Shown here one piece after another: positions 48,764 through 62,636 of a DNA stretch of 64,000 nt. This DNA comes from Ascidiella aspersa (taxonomy: Eukaryota): NCBI GenBank assembly GCA_963924565.1, contig OZ004609.1, forward strand, positions 16,740,001-16,804,000, given 5' to 3'. The notes beneath the pieces are model-generated. The model saw nothing but the letters and a program-made list of their open reading frames with translations. It was not told where the DNA came from and searched no databases. Positions within the stretch are counted from its first letter, which is position 1. Each line of letters opens with the position of its first letter. The translations under genes and the position numbers were made by a program.

Positions 48764-51700
48764 ATGTCTTTTCTACCGCATCCGCCTGCTTTATCAGCAC
48801 CTCCGACTGTTGGGGGGCATCGGCATCAGGTGAGAAAGCAGTCTGTCAAGTTATTAAATTAACAAATGTTAAAAACCGACTTTATCTTTATCATGTTTTG
48901 TTAACAAAACAACAAAACAATATCTACACAGTGTACACACAATTCAGCAAACCAAATTTTGTCAATCAGGTCGCAGCATCGGGATCCGAGAATAGCGCAC
49001 GACCGAGCGTGTCAATGGCACCCGGGCCGGCATCTGTATTTCCATTCCCCGCAGACGCGCGTGCGTTTTCGGCACGCATTCCTGACCTTGCTTCGGCGCT
49101 TTACGGCCTACCGTACACCAACCCTCAATCCGTATACCCGGGTTTTGCAAGCATCGACCCAGCCATATTTCAATCCAACCTGGTAAGTTATGCAACAGTT
49201 TTCTTTGAGAATTCGTTTTTCTTTCGCCAGTGCTAATTGTTCTGCGCTGCCGTGATCAAATTAATATGGCGATAGCTCAGACCTGGGTTGACCATAAGTT
49301 TTGTATTTTATATTTCTAATAAAGTGATATGATGTGTGTTTACAATTAGGAAAATCCTAGAAAATTAAACAAAACCTATTACTTCAAAATTGGGTTGCGA
49401 AAGTTTTCGGGTAAAACTGGCTTATTTCGTTCGATTTTTTACGTAATGTCTGTACCAGAAAATAGGAGCAATCAAGTTTGACACTTGAAACTCCAAAAAA
49501 TCGGTTCAAACGTGTTTTCGTCGAAGGGCCAACTAAGTGCTAAGCGCTGCGCCCTTTTGTTTTCGACACGCACCGCTCGTGACCTTTGCTTCAACCATGT
49601 TATAAATGGTAAGAGGATGTGGCCTTGTTATCGTTATTGCTTTGCGACAACTGTTCGCTAACTTGCAGAGGCGTGTAGAAGAATACTTATAACAACCACT
49701 TAGTAACAAGCCTTCCTTGCCATGTATTTAGCCGTACACATAGAATGTGAACTAATAAAGCCCCTTTTTCACGGAGTTCTCAAATCACAAACCTATTTTT
49801 TTTTATGCGTCAACTCACGTAAGAGTCCAATAAAAACTGTGGGCAAACATATATAATAAAATGATGTTAAAAAGTCATGTTTATAGTTATTGAAACATTT
49901 ACAAGTATCTGTACCTGTGTAAAAAATGATGGATTTTAATCAAATGTTTCTTACTTTTTACGAAACACATTTGCGACCTGTTTTTAAAATAAACTTATTT
50001 CGCGTTGCTCACGTCATTCCTTGTGCAATAAATACCCTATTTAAAAAAACTTGTGACACTCAGTTGAACACCCGCACGTAAGCAATTTCTTCTAATTAAG
50101 GCGACTTACGGAATAAGGTGATTAAGAACTTTGGACGTTGATGCATGTCAGCATTGTCGGGACTAATCTAAGAGCGATGTTTTTCTTCTCGTGGAAAACA
50201 CGGTGCCGTGATGTGATCATGCTATTAACAATACGCGACTCACAGTGCGTAACAGGTTTTCCCGTTATCTATCACTGCCAACATAGGTTACAGACTGTGT
50301 GCGCTCACTAGATGCAAGATACTCTTTTGGTTTCGTATGTGACAACGACCAGGGGTCACTCGGTGTCAAAATAGTTCGAAATCACAAAACGTGACTTGGA
50401 TGGTGGCTAATAAAAACGCAAGCGCCGCACTTTAGTCGACTTGCGATAATGTTTACAACAAGGGAAGGTGTGCATACCGATACGTCATAGATATAGGACA
50501 TGTCGTTTATATTCAGCTCGAAAACAACCACCACTGGGAAAGGGTAAATTAGGTTGCTGGTCTGTTTTCAATATAAATATGGGTGATAATTTTTTTGTTT
50601 TAGTTTTTTTGAAAATTGTTTATAAAAACGTTTAAGACAGCAGATGAGTTTAAATAAGTTATACTTGTGTCGCAGAACCGAATCAATCACAAAGAGATCC
50701 CAAGCCACTGGCGACCGCAAGTACCACAGAGTCCGCTCCTGCAGCATTGTGATCCCAACCTCGCAAGTCTGATGTACCAGGGAGGGTGAGTAAAGCAACA
50801 CTTAGAGCTTTTTTGTAAATTTTTTTCACGCTTTTTCTAATCGTTTTGTTTGTGATAGGAGCTTACATTGTCCGTATTGTAAATGAAAGTGCTTTCCAGC
50901 TATATTATGGATTACCCATCATTAAGACGTTTCACTATTATTCTTGTTTTTAAATAACACAAGTCATTCCTTAAATTTTATTAGTTTGATGTTGAAAATG
51001 AATAAAGAGTTATTCGAAACGTCCAAAATGATACCTACTTCTGTATGGGCTTTGATATTCTTATTACGTCTTATTAGTTTCAATAGTAAAGAAATAAAAT
51101 AATACCCTTCCACATGCTTTTTTATTGGCCGAATTTCGTACAAAATTAACTAAAATTTGACATGAAATACAAACTTAAAAAATAAAAAATAAACCTGTTT
51201 CTGTCAAGATAATTATAATAAGTACCGGTAGAAATTTGTAAGGTACGAAAATTGTCCTACAATTGTAGAAATAGCGCATCGTTCTGAACATTACGTTTCA
51301 ATGCGTAATAAATACGCGAAACAGGCCAGAATTAACAAAAACAGCGGTAAACAATTTTCTCCAGCCCATTTTCTTTATTTTGAAGACACGTTAGTATAGC
51401 GAAAAAACTCCAAAAGGCGAATGACTTCGCCTTAATTTTACCACGTCAGTTGCTGCATAGTGAGCCCACTGTTTGCGTTCTATCGCCTGTCCCTCCTAAT
51501 TGCGACGCCTCTCCTCGAACATTACAGCCAAATTATCCTTAACTTCCAGCGAGAAAAGGGGTATAAGAAAGGGTGGCAAGCTTATAAATACACAAAACAT
51601 TGCCACCGAAGTTAACAACCTATGTTCAGTGAAACATAAAATGCGTGAAAGAATCATTTTCAACAATTTAAAAACGTTAAAGTAAGGTTGTTGTGTTTTT

Positions 51701-54700
51701 AATTCAAGATATAACCCACATCGATAAGTCAACATTTTCAGTGTCCCCTTGTTCGCAATAAAGCTAAAGTCAAAATACTACACAAGAATGGCGACATGTT
51801 GCACATTGCAACAGAAAAATGGACTCAGTTCGGTGTAAAACGACTGACAGGAAACGCCGTTACACTGTTTCGCTGCTCACAATATTAATTGGTTTGGGTC
51901 GCAATGTGTGGAGACGCAGCCCTACAAGGGAATTTGTCTTTATTATAGTTTTCGGCTGACGATTTTCCAATAAGTTGTCCAAACGTATATAATGGAAACG
52001 GCTTGTCGCAGTAGCGCGGAAGTAATTAACACAGCCTGTCGTTGTTTTTGGCGCTAAACATGCTCGTATTTCCCTTGCGCGTCTCTTCTGTGTAAGTTCT
52101 TGTTTGGGGGGCTATGGTATAACGAGCATACGGTATTGCGCCGGCTGCTATTCTTACAAGAATAAATCATGATTCCTTGGTTTGGCTTCTTCTCTGTCGT
52201 ATTGTACTATGTGACACATACTGCAGTCATAAAGAGGTGAAAGGATAACAGAAATACCTCCCAGGTAAAATTAGTGTCGCCTGAACATCTGCCCTACTAT
52301 TATTTAAGCACACTAAGATAGTTTAAAAATATTTAGCATAAAATAAGTTTGATAGTGCTGCAACAACTTCTTTTTTGCAGGTTACATGGGTCCGTTTAGC
52401 TTGATGATAAAAACACGCAATTAACGCTTTGTTGCTTATCGACCCACTAATGCGCAGGCAGAAGTAAAAATGGTTTCCATTTTTCCAACCCACTAGCAGT
52501 GGCCCACCTTTCCACTTTAAACACGATTTTAAGTGTCGGAAAATTTGTTGTCACTTCTCTTAGTAATTTCCATACAGCAGACAAGCTCTGCACCGTTTTG
52601 ATTTCCCCAGCTACAGCTAAACTAATTTGTAGTAGTCAGCACATGCACAACATGAATTAAACAACAAAACGGCAGCTAATGTAATGTCAGTGCAACCATT
52701 TCGCCGTAACCAACCGGCTTGCATTGTGTAAGTCGCTGTATACGACGGGAGAAGCCCGACGGCGACCGGGGTGCATTAAATGTTGAAAACATAAATTTGA
52801 GCCAATTTACCTCACATTGGATGCAAAAGTATGTATTTTACCCACTTCTTGAATTGTCTTAGTTGTTTGGCAAAGTTAATATACCAGTCCATTTCATTGG
52901 GTGTATATTTACTGTTTTAGGTACGGGTCTTTGGCGCTAAACGACGGAGGCCGGCGCAAAAATGCCACCAGAGAAACAACAGCTACCCTTAAAGCTTGGC
53001 TTAATGAGCACAGGAAAAACCCATACCCTACCAAGGGGGAGAAGATCATGTTGGCCATTGTTTCCAAGATGACACTGACTCAGGTGGTGTACCTACTTCC
53101 TTGATTGATCTTAGTTGAACAACCAGGCAGCCCTAACGCGCTATTAATATAGCATTGTTCTTCGTATACGCATCAGTCATTGCCTTACTTGCATCGCTGA
53201 CGCCTGGCAAATTTAACCCGTAACAACAAAGTGCCATTGGCCATAAATCACCTGCTAACAGGAAGCTAGTTGTATCATTCACAACCAAGAAACCATAATA
53301 TTACGAAGTTATGTTGTCCATCAATACCAATATTCAAGTGCATCATGTTTTAGTTATGTATTTACGGAGCACTAACGCCCGACATTCTGCTCGCAATTTC
53401 CATCTAAATGTCGCATACAATCAAAACTAAGCAACATAAATGTGAAAACGGCGTTTTTTCTGTTACACCAATATGCTGTGGAAAAACACCTGTAACCAAT
53501 TTATGGGCATCAACTACAGGGAATCGGTTTATAAGGCTTTTTTTAAATACCGCAGGTGTCGACCTGGTTTGCCAATGCACGACGTCGCTTGAAGAAGGAA
53601 AATCGCATGACGTGGTCGCCTCGCAACAGATGCGGGGACGAGAGAATGAGCGACGAAGAAGACTTTGAGGCCGACGGACCCGGCAAAAACATAAGCGCTG
53701 GTAAGTGGTGTGCTTTTTGTTAGTCCTTGTAAATAGTTTTGCCAACATTTTATTATATAATATATTAAAATCAGTTGTGTAGTGTACATAATGTATATTA
53801 TACTACATCCTGAAATATCGTTCAATTTTTACGTTCCTTTAAAAAAATATGACTATACTATAAAAAATCATAAGGTGAAGCATGTAAATTAAATGTACTC
53901 AGACCATAATAGTTACGCCGCCCGCCAAAGCCGCAACATTATTTATAAATTTTAAATTTTTTTCAAGCATCTTTTCGTGAGTAAACCGTTTCTGTAGTAT
54001 GTGCCGAAACTGGCGCTTTTTTATGTGGCAATAAAATTTACGCGAAAAACAATTTATGTTTGCGGTGAATTGTTATTACAGGAAATAAATTGCAAAAAAA
54101 AACAGTTTTGTTGACAATAGGTTTGTTGGTTTTAGTTATGTGGACAAGCGATTTGCTAGTTAAAGACAAAAATAATAAAATGAATTTAAAGCGAGTAACT
54201 TTTGTTTTAAAATTAAGCAAGTGTTATTCTTTATGCTAGCATACTTTTCCCGTTTTTTTATTATTTTAGTATAGTTACAACAAAATATACCAAAAAATAT
54301 CTAAAAAATTTTCCGGATGCGTTTATTGTCAAAGGCCATCGATATAATGGACAGCAATCAAGTATTCAAGATTCATTTAAATAAAAAAAAGCTTATCGGC
54401 GTCGTTTGTCAAAATTTCCATTGATGTCCGCGATTATAAAAATCGTTTGTGGTAAACATGCAGATTTCCTCACATAAATGGTTCAAAATGTTGGATTGCA
54501 TTTATCGCCAACGAGTGTTTTTGTAAGCGACCCAAACAAATATAGTTTCATCGATAACACGTGTAAATTTTAACATGGAAAGTATGTTAAACTTTACTCC
54601 GATTGAATTACACACAACACACACTAAAATTCTCACTATCTAAAATATGAAAATCCATCGCCACAAATTTTTTATTATTTTAAAATTCTCACACTCACGT

Positions 54701-57700
54701 ACGAGCACAATCATACTTAATAAACCGTCGTACTGGCCATTGGACACAATCGAGCGATTAGTGACAAGTAATGCCGCCTGGCAAGCAGCGCACATCAGAG
54801 TCGGAAGGAGTTACAACCAATCGCGTATAGCTGCCATTGCGTGACAGAGGAGCCGCCAAACGCCCAGTCCGGGCAACAGGCCAGTGGCCTTTCGTGTCAA
54901 GGACTTGTAAATGCGTCTGCGAACGCGATGTTATAACAATATCCACGGGAAGGCATTGGAAAGCCGAATGCGTCACGGGTGTTGCAAGTCCGATTATATC
55001 GCATTGATTCGCTGTGAACAAGCTCGTTGTGGTGGCAAATATGGGCAGGGGATGCGAATGTGCCGCACAGCTGTCTGCCCAGCAACTAAGGGCAACGCCG
55101 CCCCAATACATGACGACTCGATGCAACTTGGACCGGTTGAATAGGCACTTGTTTAAATAGGTTATGACGAAAAAAACATTCCAGTGTGGGTAAACTATGT
55201 TACTAATTTGGATAAATTATAAATGCAAGAAACTATTGCGTAGGTTGTGGAACATTTTCAAACCATTTTACGGCAGTTGTAATGTTTTTTTGCCGGTCCG
55301 CAATAAGTTATACTGGTTCACCAAAAGTTTTCTTTATTTGTGCAATTAGAAAGTATTTTTTTTTCCAACGTTAACTGCGTATATATGTATAACATTTCAG
55401 CGCTTAGCGCCAATTTTACCTTCAACTTTTGTATGTTAAGCCCCTTTTGGGAGTCTGTATATTAGTTGTCTCAGTAAATATCGTGCCATCGAAATTCTGG
55501 TACCGGTCCGTGAACGAACTTTTTGTATTTTTACCGGTTCGCAAGTGTCAAAAGGTTAAAAATGATTGAATTCGATTATATAAGCTTTGACTTTTGAGTG
55601 TCACCACCAATTTTAAATAAGAACAAATCGGCGATAAGTACATTTATGTTTTTTTACCAAATACTAAGTACCAAATTACACATCGCTAATTGTTCATTGA
55701 AGTTTGTCAGACGCATAGTCTGGATGGGCGCTAAATTTGGCAAATAAACATTTGCGCAGCTAATTATTATCGCAGGCCGCTGAAAACCAATCAGGGTTCC
55801 CACGTTCGTCAGAGCGCTTGTCCACTTATTGGCGGGCAATCGGAGTGCTGCATCCTCTTGGAAACAAACCGCGGTTACGCGACACCCCAGAACCAGGATC
55901 GCTCAACTCAACCTTACTAACCTAAACGGCAGTGGGGGCTTGTACGCTAAAATATATATTTCTCTTTCACTCGCTTTGTCTGCTTCCAGCATGGTTAAAA
56001 TGGAGGAATGTGACTTGACTCGAAGCCGTATTAGTTCTCCACATCACCGATAAATTCTCTTTTTCTCTAAATTTCGTCAGTTGGGTTGCCGTTGTGTTTG
56101 AACTACGAGGCTAATTTACAAAAGTAATAGTCTTAGCCCTAAATTCTATTGAAGCAATGAAAAATATATTTCACGTGTCAGTGCGATAGAAACGTTACAT
56201 GTGTACGCTAGAGAAGGATATACCAAACAACACACAGTTAATGTAAGCAGCTGCTTTGTCAGTCAGTCGTTCAATAAACACATCAATTGAATCTTCCAAG
56301 CTACAAAGTATTCAGCATACGCTCCTAAATAGGAAATCATTTGCTTATCACGCTTGTTTTAAGGCCTCTATTCAGTTCCAGGGTCAGACAATTGAAGAAA
56401 CGTATAGCAAATACTTGCCCCGACTTTGCATACATGAATCAATATAGCGCGATCTATTTCCTTCCATTAAATAAGCCATTATATTGTGCAAAATGAAAGA
56501 GTCTCCAATTTACTTTGATTAATCAAGAAGCTCACAGAGCTATAGTTCAAAATGCCCTGTTTTGACTAGTAAAATTGAGGCTTTGTTTGGATTTTGGATA
56601 TTGATAGACTTTAGCGTTGTTTTTGTATGGATGTTTATTGACATAATCAATAATTCAAAAAATTTTACAGCTTACAAAATTCACATAGTTTTTTTTAAGT
56701 CACAAAAATGTTTCCATGAAAATTTTCCATTACTTTTAAATTAAAATAATGTTATAATTTGAATTACCAAATTTAATAAAAGCTAATCGGTGATATTTAA
56801 TTATATTCGGTGGTATTTAATTATATAAGTGATATTTAATTATATTCTCTACAGCTTTTTAAGTCGTTGGTAAAATTATCAGAGCCACCTGTATTTAAAT
56901 AATACAAAAGGTAAGTTGATTGATCGACGTATTTGGTGTGGTGATGGTATTTGGCAAAGTGGAGCAATACGTGATTTTCAGTCCAAAAGAGGCGAGGGTT
57001 GTCACAGTGTGTGGGATGTGAAGGGATGCCATCTAAGAATGCAGATTGGTGCTACTGCCTTCTTGGCATCCAATTACTCTTTTACGCCTACTTCCTATTA
57101 TCGCACAACCGAAGTAAAAAACTAACCTTACTTGGAAAACTGAACTATGTTTATCAGGAGTTCGCTATATTGTCCCAGGGATGACATCGGGGTTTGATAA
57201 TCTGCCCTATTCAATGAAGTATCGTATTGACCGGACTCGGCTATAGTCGCGCGAGGTTATTTTCGGTGCACTGCGAACGGGTCTATTTTTGTCTAGATTA
57301 TAACAATCGTCGAATCAACCAAAAACACCAGCATGCTAAAGATTAACATCGCGTGTCAATTGCATGCAAATTTTCCTGTTGCAAATCATTGTTGCAGAAA
57401 CTCTTGGATAATCAATTTATCCATTGTTTCACTGTATGTTGAATGCGATATTTATGAAATTCTTTCTTTTCATGAGCACTTTTAAAATTTGTTTTTAATC
57501 TATATTTTGTTTACAGGAAAACCAAATATAGGCTGCCACTCGGAGATGGACAGCCACATGGACGAAGTGAATAGAGATATCCCAGGTCACTCGCATAAAC
57601 TGAAGAGCGAAGAGGGGGAGTTGGAGGAGGAAGCGGATTCTGTTACGAACGACAAACTTCCCAGTAATTTGTCCTATACCAACATTCACACTCAGCTCTT

Positions 57701-59977
57701 TCTCCGCCACTTAGCCTCTTTGCCTCCACATCTTCGCCCAAGCGATCCAATTAAGTACTTCCAGCAACAGATCCAGCAGCACGCGGCTACAAATCGCAGA
57801 GCAGTTAGTGTTCCTGACATGCCTGCGACCACTGTCGGGCGTGCCGGGGCGGAGCAATACAGGGAGAAGGTGCGACAGTTTTCGATGGACGCTCATGACA
57901 ACTACAAAGTTTTTCGCAAGACTGTCGCGCGTTGCAGTAGCGAGAGCTCGCCGAACTCTTCCCTGAACAGATCTCCATCACCTCAGGCGAACCGTTTCTT
58001 TAATCGTGATCCACCAGCCTTGGAACGAGGATCGTCGTATCGTATGCACAGCAATCATGAATTCTCCATGCACCCGGTACGAAATAACCCTGGTAGAACA
58101 CCATCTTACGAAAAACACGCAATGCCATCCATCATAAACGAATCTGACGATCAAGCAGTGCAAGAAAAAAAGAAATATAAAATATGGTCTCCCGTCAACA
58201 TATCAGAATTGCAATCCAAAAGTCCTATCCTTTCGAACAATTCGGATTCCGAGATAAATCAACGCCAAGTTATTAATTCCGCAAGACGCAATTCGGTGTT
58301 TACGTACGACGAATCGTTCATGAACGACAGCCGCTTCTCGCCAGAGACCCACAAGCAGGGAATCTCTGCCTCTCCGGCAGCCAGCTCGTCGTCGGAAAAA
58401 ACAACCTCTGGTTCACCTGATAATGTCGGTAAAAACATCATCGAAGAATATCAAAGGCAGCTGGCGTATCGCAACCTCACCGCGAAGACGCAACACGCTC
58501 TTGCCGCTACCTTGGCAGGATTGGCAGAAAACAGGCGGAACGGATTTCAAAGAAACGCTTTTCCTAACCCGGACGCTCTAGCATTGTTGCAACAACAGCA
58601 GCGCGCTCACCACAACTTCGTGCTCTCCGACATTTTCCATTCTAACGCTTACAAACTCTCAAAAGAAGATCGAAACCCGAGCGCCAACGAAGAAGATGAA
58701 GAAGCCGTGTTTTCCGATGTTGAAAGCAATGCCCGTAAGTAGAATGTTACTTCTTTTTATTAAAATGTGATAAAAAATTAGTTGATTATTATTGGAGTTT
58801 AAAAATGTCACACAAACTTCAATATATTCCCCTTATTTTGCAAAATTGGAACAAAACAAATTAAACCCGGTGCATTTTGTCCATCCCACGCATTGACGGG
58901 CATAAAAAGGTCGCAAACACTTATCTGCGACATCAGCACCATATTGTTATTGGCAACGGGCGTCTAAAAATGTGTGGCGTCCACCGCGCTGCATGGCGTC
59001 GCGCGTCGCCACGTCTTCGCTGGCTCGATTTCTTGCCAGCAGCGAGAAGACAATCGGCGGGAAGTGCGCGGGATTTCCCTCCGCACTTTCGAAGCGAGCG
59101 CGGCGCCGCTATTATCTCTGTGACGCGACGAGCGACAATGGCAGGATAAACGTTGCACACAACGGGAAACGGGCCTGTCGCGCAACCACAAGAAATTGCA
59201 AGAGCGGGAAAAGCGCTCGAATAGGAGTCTGGGATCCTCCTGACGATTCCCGACAAAACTCCGCAGTCGGGAATTTAAATGAGCGTAGGCAACGAGAAAC
59301 AATTTCAAAATATATACAGCCGCATTCCTAACGCGGTTGTTGTTCGACCAGCGCCTTTGCTGTTCTGTAACATTTCGCATGGAATTATAATTGCACCCAA
59401 TCAAGGAAGGAAAGGTTTCATATGAGCAGCTGGTTGTTTTGCAACATCGCATAAAAACTAAGCTAAGTCGAGACATTTGCATAGGAAGCGCCATGTAGCG
59501 AGGATCGCAATAATATTGACTCGGCTGGTATAAATTAATGAATATATTATAAACACACAACACGTTTCGGCGTTTCGCGCAGATACAAATCCAATGCGCA
59601 AATGCATTTCATACGTTTTTTTGTCAGGAATCGAAATTATCATCAGACAAAACGCTGCTTGGTGGTCAAGCTACCTAAATTAATATTTAGGACTATCAAA
59701 CCGAATGATTCTTTTTTTTAAATTATGTAATTTAAGCCCGAATTATTATTTACTACCCCAATTTGAAAGTTGTTAATCCGTATACCAAACTGAAACCTGA
59801 AAAATATGTTATTTTTGTTTATTGCTTGATACGTCTTTAAACAGACCCTTGTTGTCTTACGCAGCGATAAATCTGACAAAGAGCAAGAGTCCGACTCCGC
59901 GCAGGGAAGAGCGACCTACCTTTAAACTTGATGAAGAGGATCAAAAGCGGATAATACCTTCGATTGTCGCCAATTAA
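48764..59977 (+). CDS. Irx: Iroquois-class TALE homeobox transcription factor (Irx-2 of the pair, more divergent), about 675 aa
   Basis: Exons are 48764-48829 (MSFLPHPP...), 48970-49182, 50676-50785, 52921-53083, 53556-53700, 57517-58734 and 59865-59977. All are GT-AG and phase-compatible, totalling 2028 nt. The homeodomain is [44 protein letters not shown]|[20 protein letters not shown]. The IRO box is degenerate ([11 protein letters not shown]). There is exon-by-exon similarity to Irx-1. Unspliced read-through of exon 6 stops at 58742. Confidence 0.92.
52949..53615 (+). other. Irx-2 homeobox, split by a phase-0 intron (53084-53555) at the same position as in Irx-1
   Basis: Translation of the two exon halves. 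The first homeobox exon is 163 nt in both genes. Confidence 0.95.
56787..56846. repeat. ~20-bp tandem repeat x3 (CGGTGATATTTAATTATATT) in an Irx-2 intron
   Basis: Three near-identical units, each containing TAATTA. Confidence 0.85.
58173..58205 (+). other. Degenerate IRO box of Irx-2 ([11 protein letters not shown])
   Basis: The K.KIWS core is retained; LA..AT is replaced. Confidence 0.7.
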
Positions 59978-62586
59978 ATTTCAAGGTAGATGCCGCGTGT
60001 ACATAGTAATTTTCTAGTTAGTGCAACAGTTAAAAATCCTAGTTCAGATTTTCAACTGTATAAAGGATCTGAATAATTTGTAGCCATACAAAACATCAGT
60101 ATGCTTTAACTCTAGACGCTCTCACAACCTATATTTTTAAATCGCAATATTGAGCCTTTTTTATTAGTATATGATTCTAACTTACGCATCATTCAAGTCA
60201 TTTTCCACTTTTCAACACAACTGGTTTTACTATGTTTGGATCTTAGCTTTTTGGGTGTGCCGATAAATCCCGGTTTACAAGTCTCAACAAAACGAAAATA
60301 TTGATATGCGTCGAAGGGAGCTAGGATAGAGCAAGTCACGGTCACTGCTTCCCCGTGTCAGTCGTGATCTCGTTTCGACCTTTGTCCGCTCGTCTTAGAT
60401 AAATAAACTGGAGCAAAGTGTGTTGCCCGTCTCTTGGCATACATTATAGCAATTGTCAAGAATATAAGAATTAATGCCTTACCGCATCAATAAAATCACA
60501 CTGAATTTATGATGTTTTGAATTTAATTTAACTTGTAAATAGAGTGATGGAAAAAGACTAGTGTTTGAATTGTTACATCAGTGACCCACTATACATCAAC
60601 TGTTTCATTAAATATAACCTATTGTGAACGTGATCTATCAAAAATGTTAGTCAACCCTGTTTCAAAACTTGATTAACTAATATTGTCATTCAATTATTTG
60701 ATAGATTCTACGCCTGCGACAAAAACATTTGAAAAAATTCGCCCATAATCACAATGTTGTCCCGGCAACTTGCCGGTAGCAACCGCGAGGTGTCTGTTGG
60801 TTCCTAAAATAGACGCGATATTGACTTCTTGCACTGGTCGGTAGAGCAGCGATGATAGAGTTGATTTGTTCAGCGCGAATAATGCACCCACGCTTCGCGA
60901 CAGATGAAAGCCGACAGGGTGGTCCACGGAATTCCGGCGGCAGTTTCCTACTTGCGCTGACACCGGGAACAAACTCGCCTCTTTCTCCAGCATTTCATAG
61001 CACCGAAATACAATGCTTGTTTTGAACATTCGCAAGCCGTCGCGCAACAACGAAAATTAGTCATTCCGCCTCAACGGAATAAATCGAGTCCAGCTTGTCA
61101 ATGAGTTAGCTTTAAAACTCATTAAATTTGTTGGGGTAAGTCGTTGCGCATCCGCCTGTCTAAAGGCAACTTCTAATCTAAAGCCTTAATTAAAACGTGT
61201 AAGCAGTGTGCCATTTATTGGACAATCGGCGCGAGAAATGTTATTATTAATATATGTCGACGTTATTGCCCTATTGAGCCTTGGGTTGTCTCTGTTTGTT
61301 TATTGACATTCGCATTCTCGCTGAAGCGTCGCAAACGACACGAGTTCGGCCACGTGTATCCCTGTACTTGATTCCTAGTATCCGCTCGCGCCTTTACATA
61401 AAGACAAGAATACGTTGCCATTCGTGTTTGTTTTCTCCAAGTGCTGTTTAAAGGATCCCGACCTAATTATTATGTCGAAATTTATCTAGTTATCTCTGCG
61501 GTATGGCTGTAGAATACTGTTAACGCCAACCACTTGAACTATGACATACAGATATTTATACGCCCATCAACCAACCGAAATATTTCGGAAATCATTTAAT
61601 TTATTATAAATGCTGTATATCGTTTAACTTGTATTTTGTCTCACGATTCTCGAGCCACGGTAGAAATCAATTTAAATCCGTGCTATAGTAAATAATGGCA
61701 CCACTTAGGATTTAGTATCTAAAATAACAAACGTGTTGTCTTTTTTTTTTTTGCAAAAATGATATGTTGATGAAATGTAGTAGAATGTGGTGATTTATTT
61801 CCCTTCCCTTGATCAATCGCGCTGGCCCAGTTTCGCTTCGCAGTTAACGCCTTTATAATGTTGTTTCTTGTTTCAAAATGTTTTCCCCACTGTTGTCTGC
61901 TACGCATAAATATTTTTAAGTGTCTTTGGCTCTTTTAACTCGTTGCTCGCTACTATATATTTGTTTGTGTGCTGTGGAGTTGCAAATAATTGCTCTGGTT
62001 GCAAAGAAATAGAGCTGAGTTCACCAAAGTATCCCCATTCGTCGTGTTCCCTATACCTTATTTTGTCCTTTGTGCGTGTTTGCATCCCGTACTATTCACA
62101 TCCCTTCGTCATTGCTGCATTTTACTAGTTCTTCGCCACTTATAGTTGTATCAGATACAGAAATTAATAAACCACGCCTGGACTGTCTAAACTTGTGTTG
62201 CCTACTTTGCCGACAAGTTGACCATCAGCATTATTGTAACGACAAATAAAAAAATTAACGACAACAAATCTTAGTACAACTCGTTAAAACTTAACTTATT
62301 ACCAGTCTTTAATGTAGCTTGTGTAAGTCAGTCCCAGCCACCAGCCGTCAATCACAGCCACCATAACGGCTTCAGCCTACATTGTAGTGTGGTTGCTAAT
62401 TAACGCACGTTTCGTTGTGCGCTTGTATCTTTAAATACCATTTCACTGTCTCTTTGTTATAGTCAAAAAATATTTCCTTTTATTGCCTACAAGATTGAAA
62501 GGATGTTTCCCACTTTTCCCACCTCCAGACTAACTCGTAACATAAATAATGTGCAATAAACACGAGGTGGCGTGGTAATGACGAGA

Positions 62587-62636
62587 ACGGTTGCAGTAAA
62601 TCATTTTCTATGTTGTAAATAAATTACTGCAACCGT
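62587..62636. repeat. Inverted repeat / hairpin with a 13-bp perfect stem
   Basis: ACGGTTGCAGTAA (62587-62599) and TTACTGCAACCGT (62624-62636). Confidence 0.8.

Noticed and set aside
58877-59563. Overlapping 90-199 aa ORFs on both strands
   Set aside because: They lie within the last Irx-2 intron in a CpG-rich block. The Arg/Ala-rich translations are typical of non-coding GC DNA.
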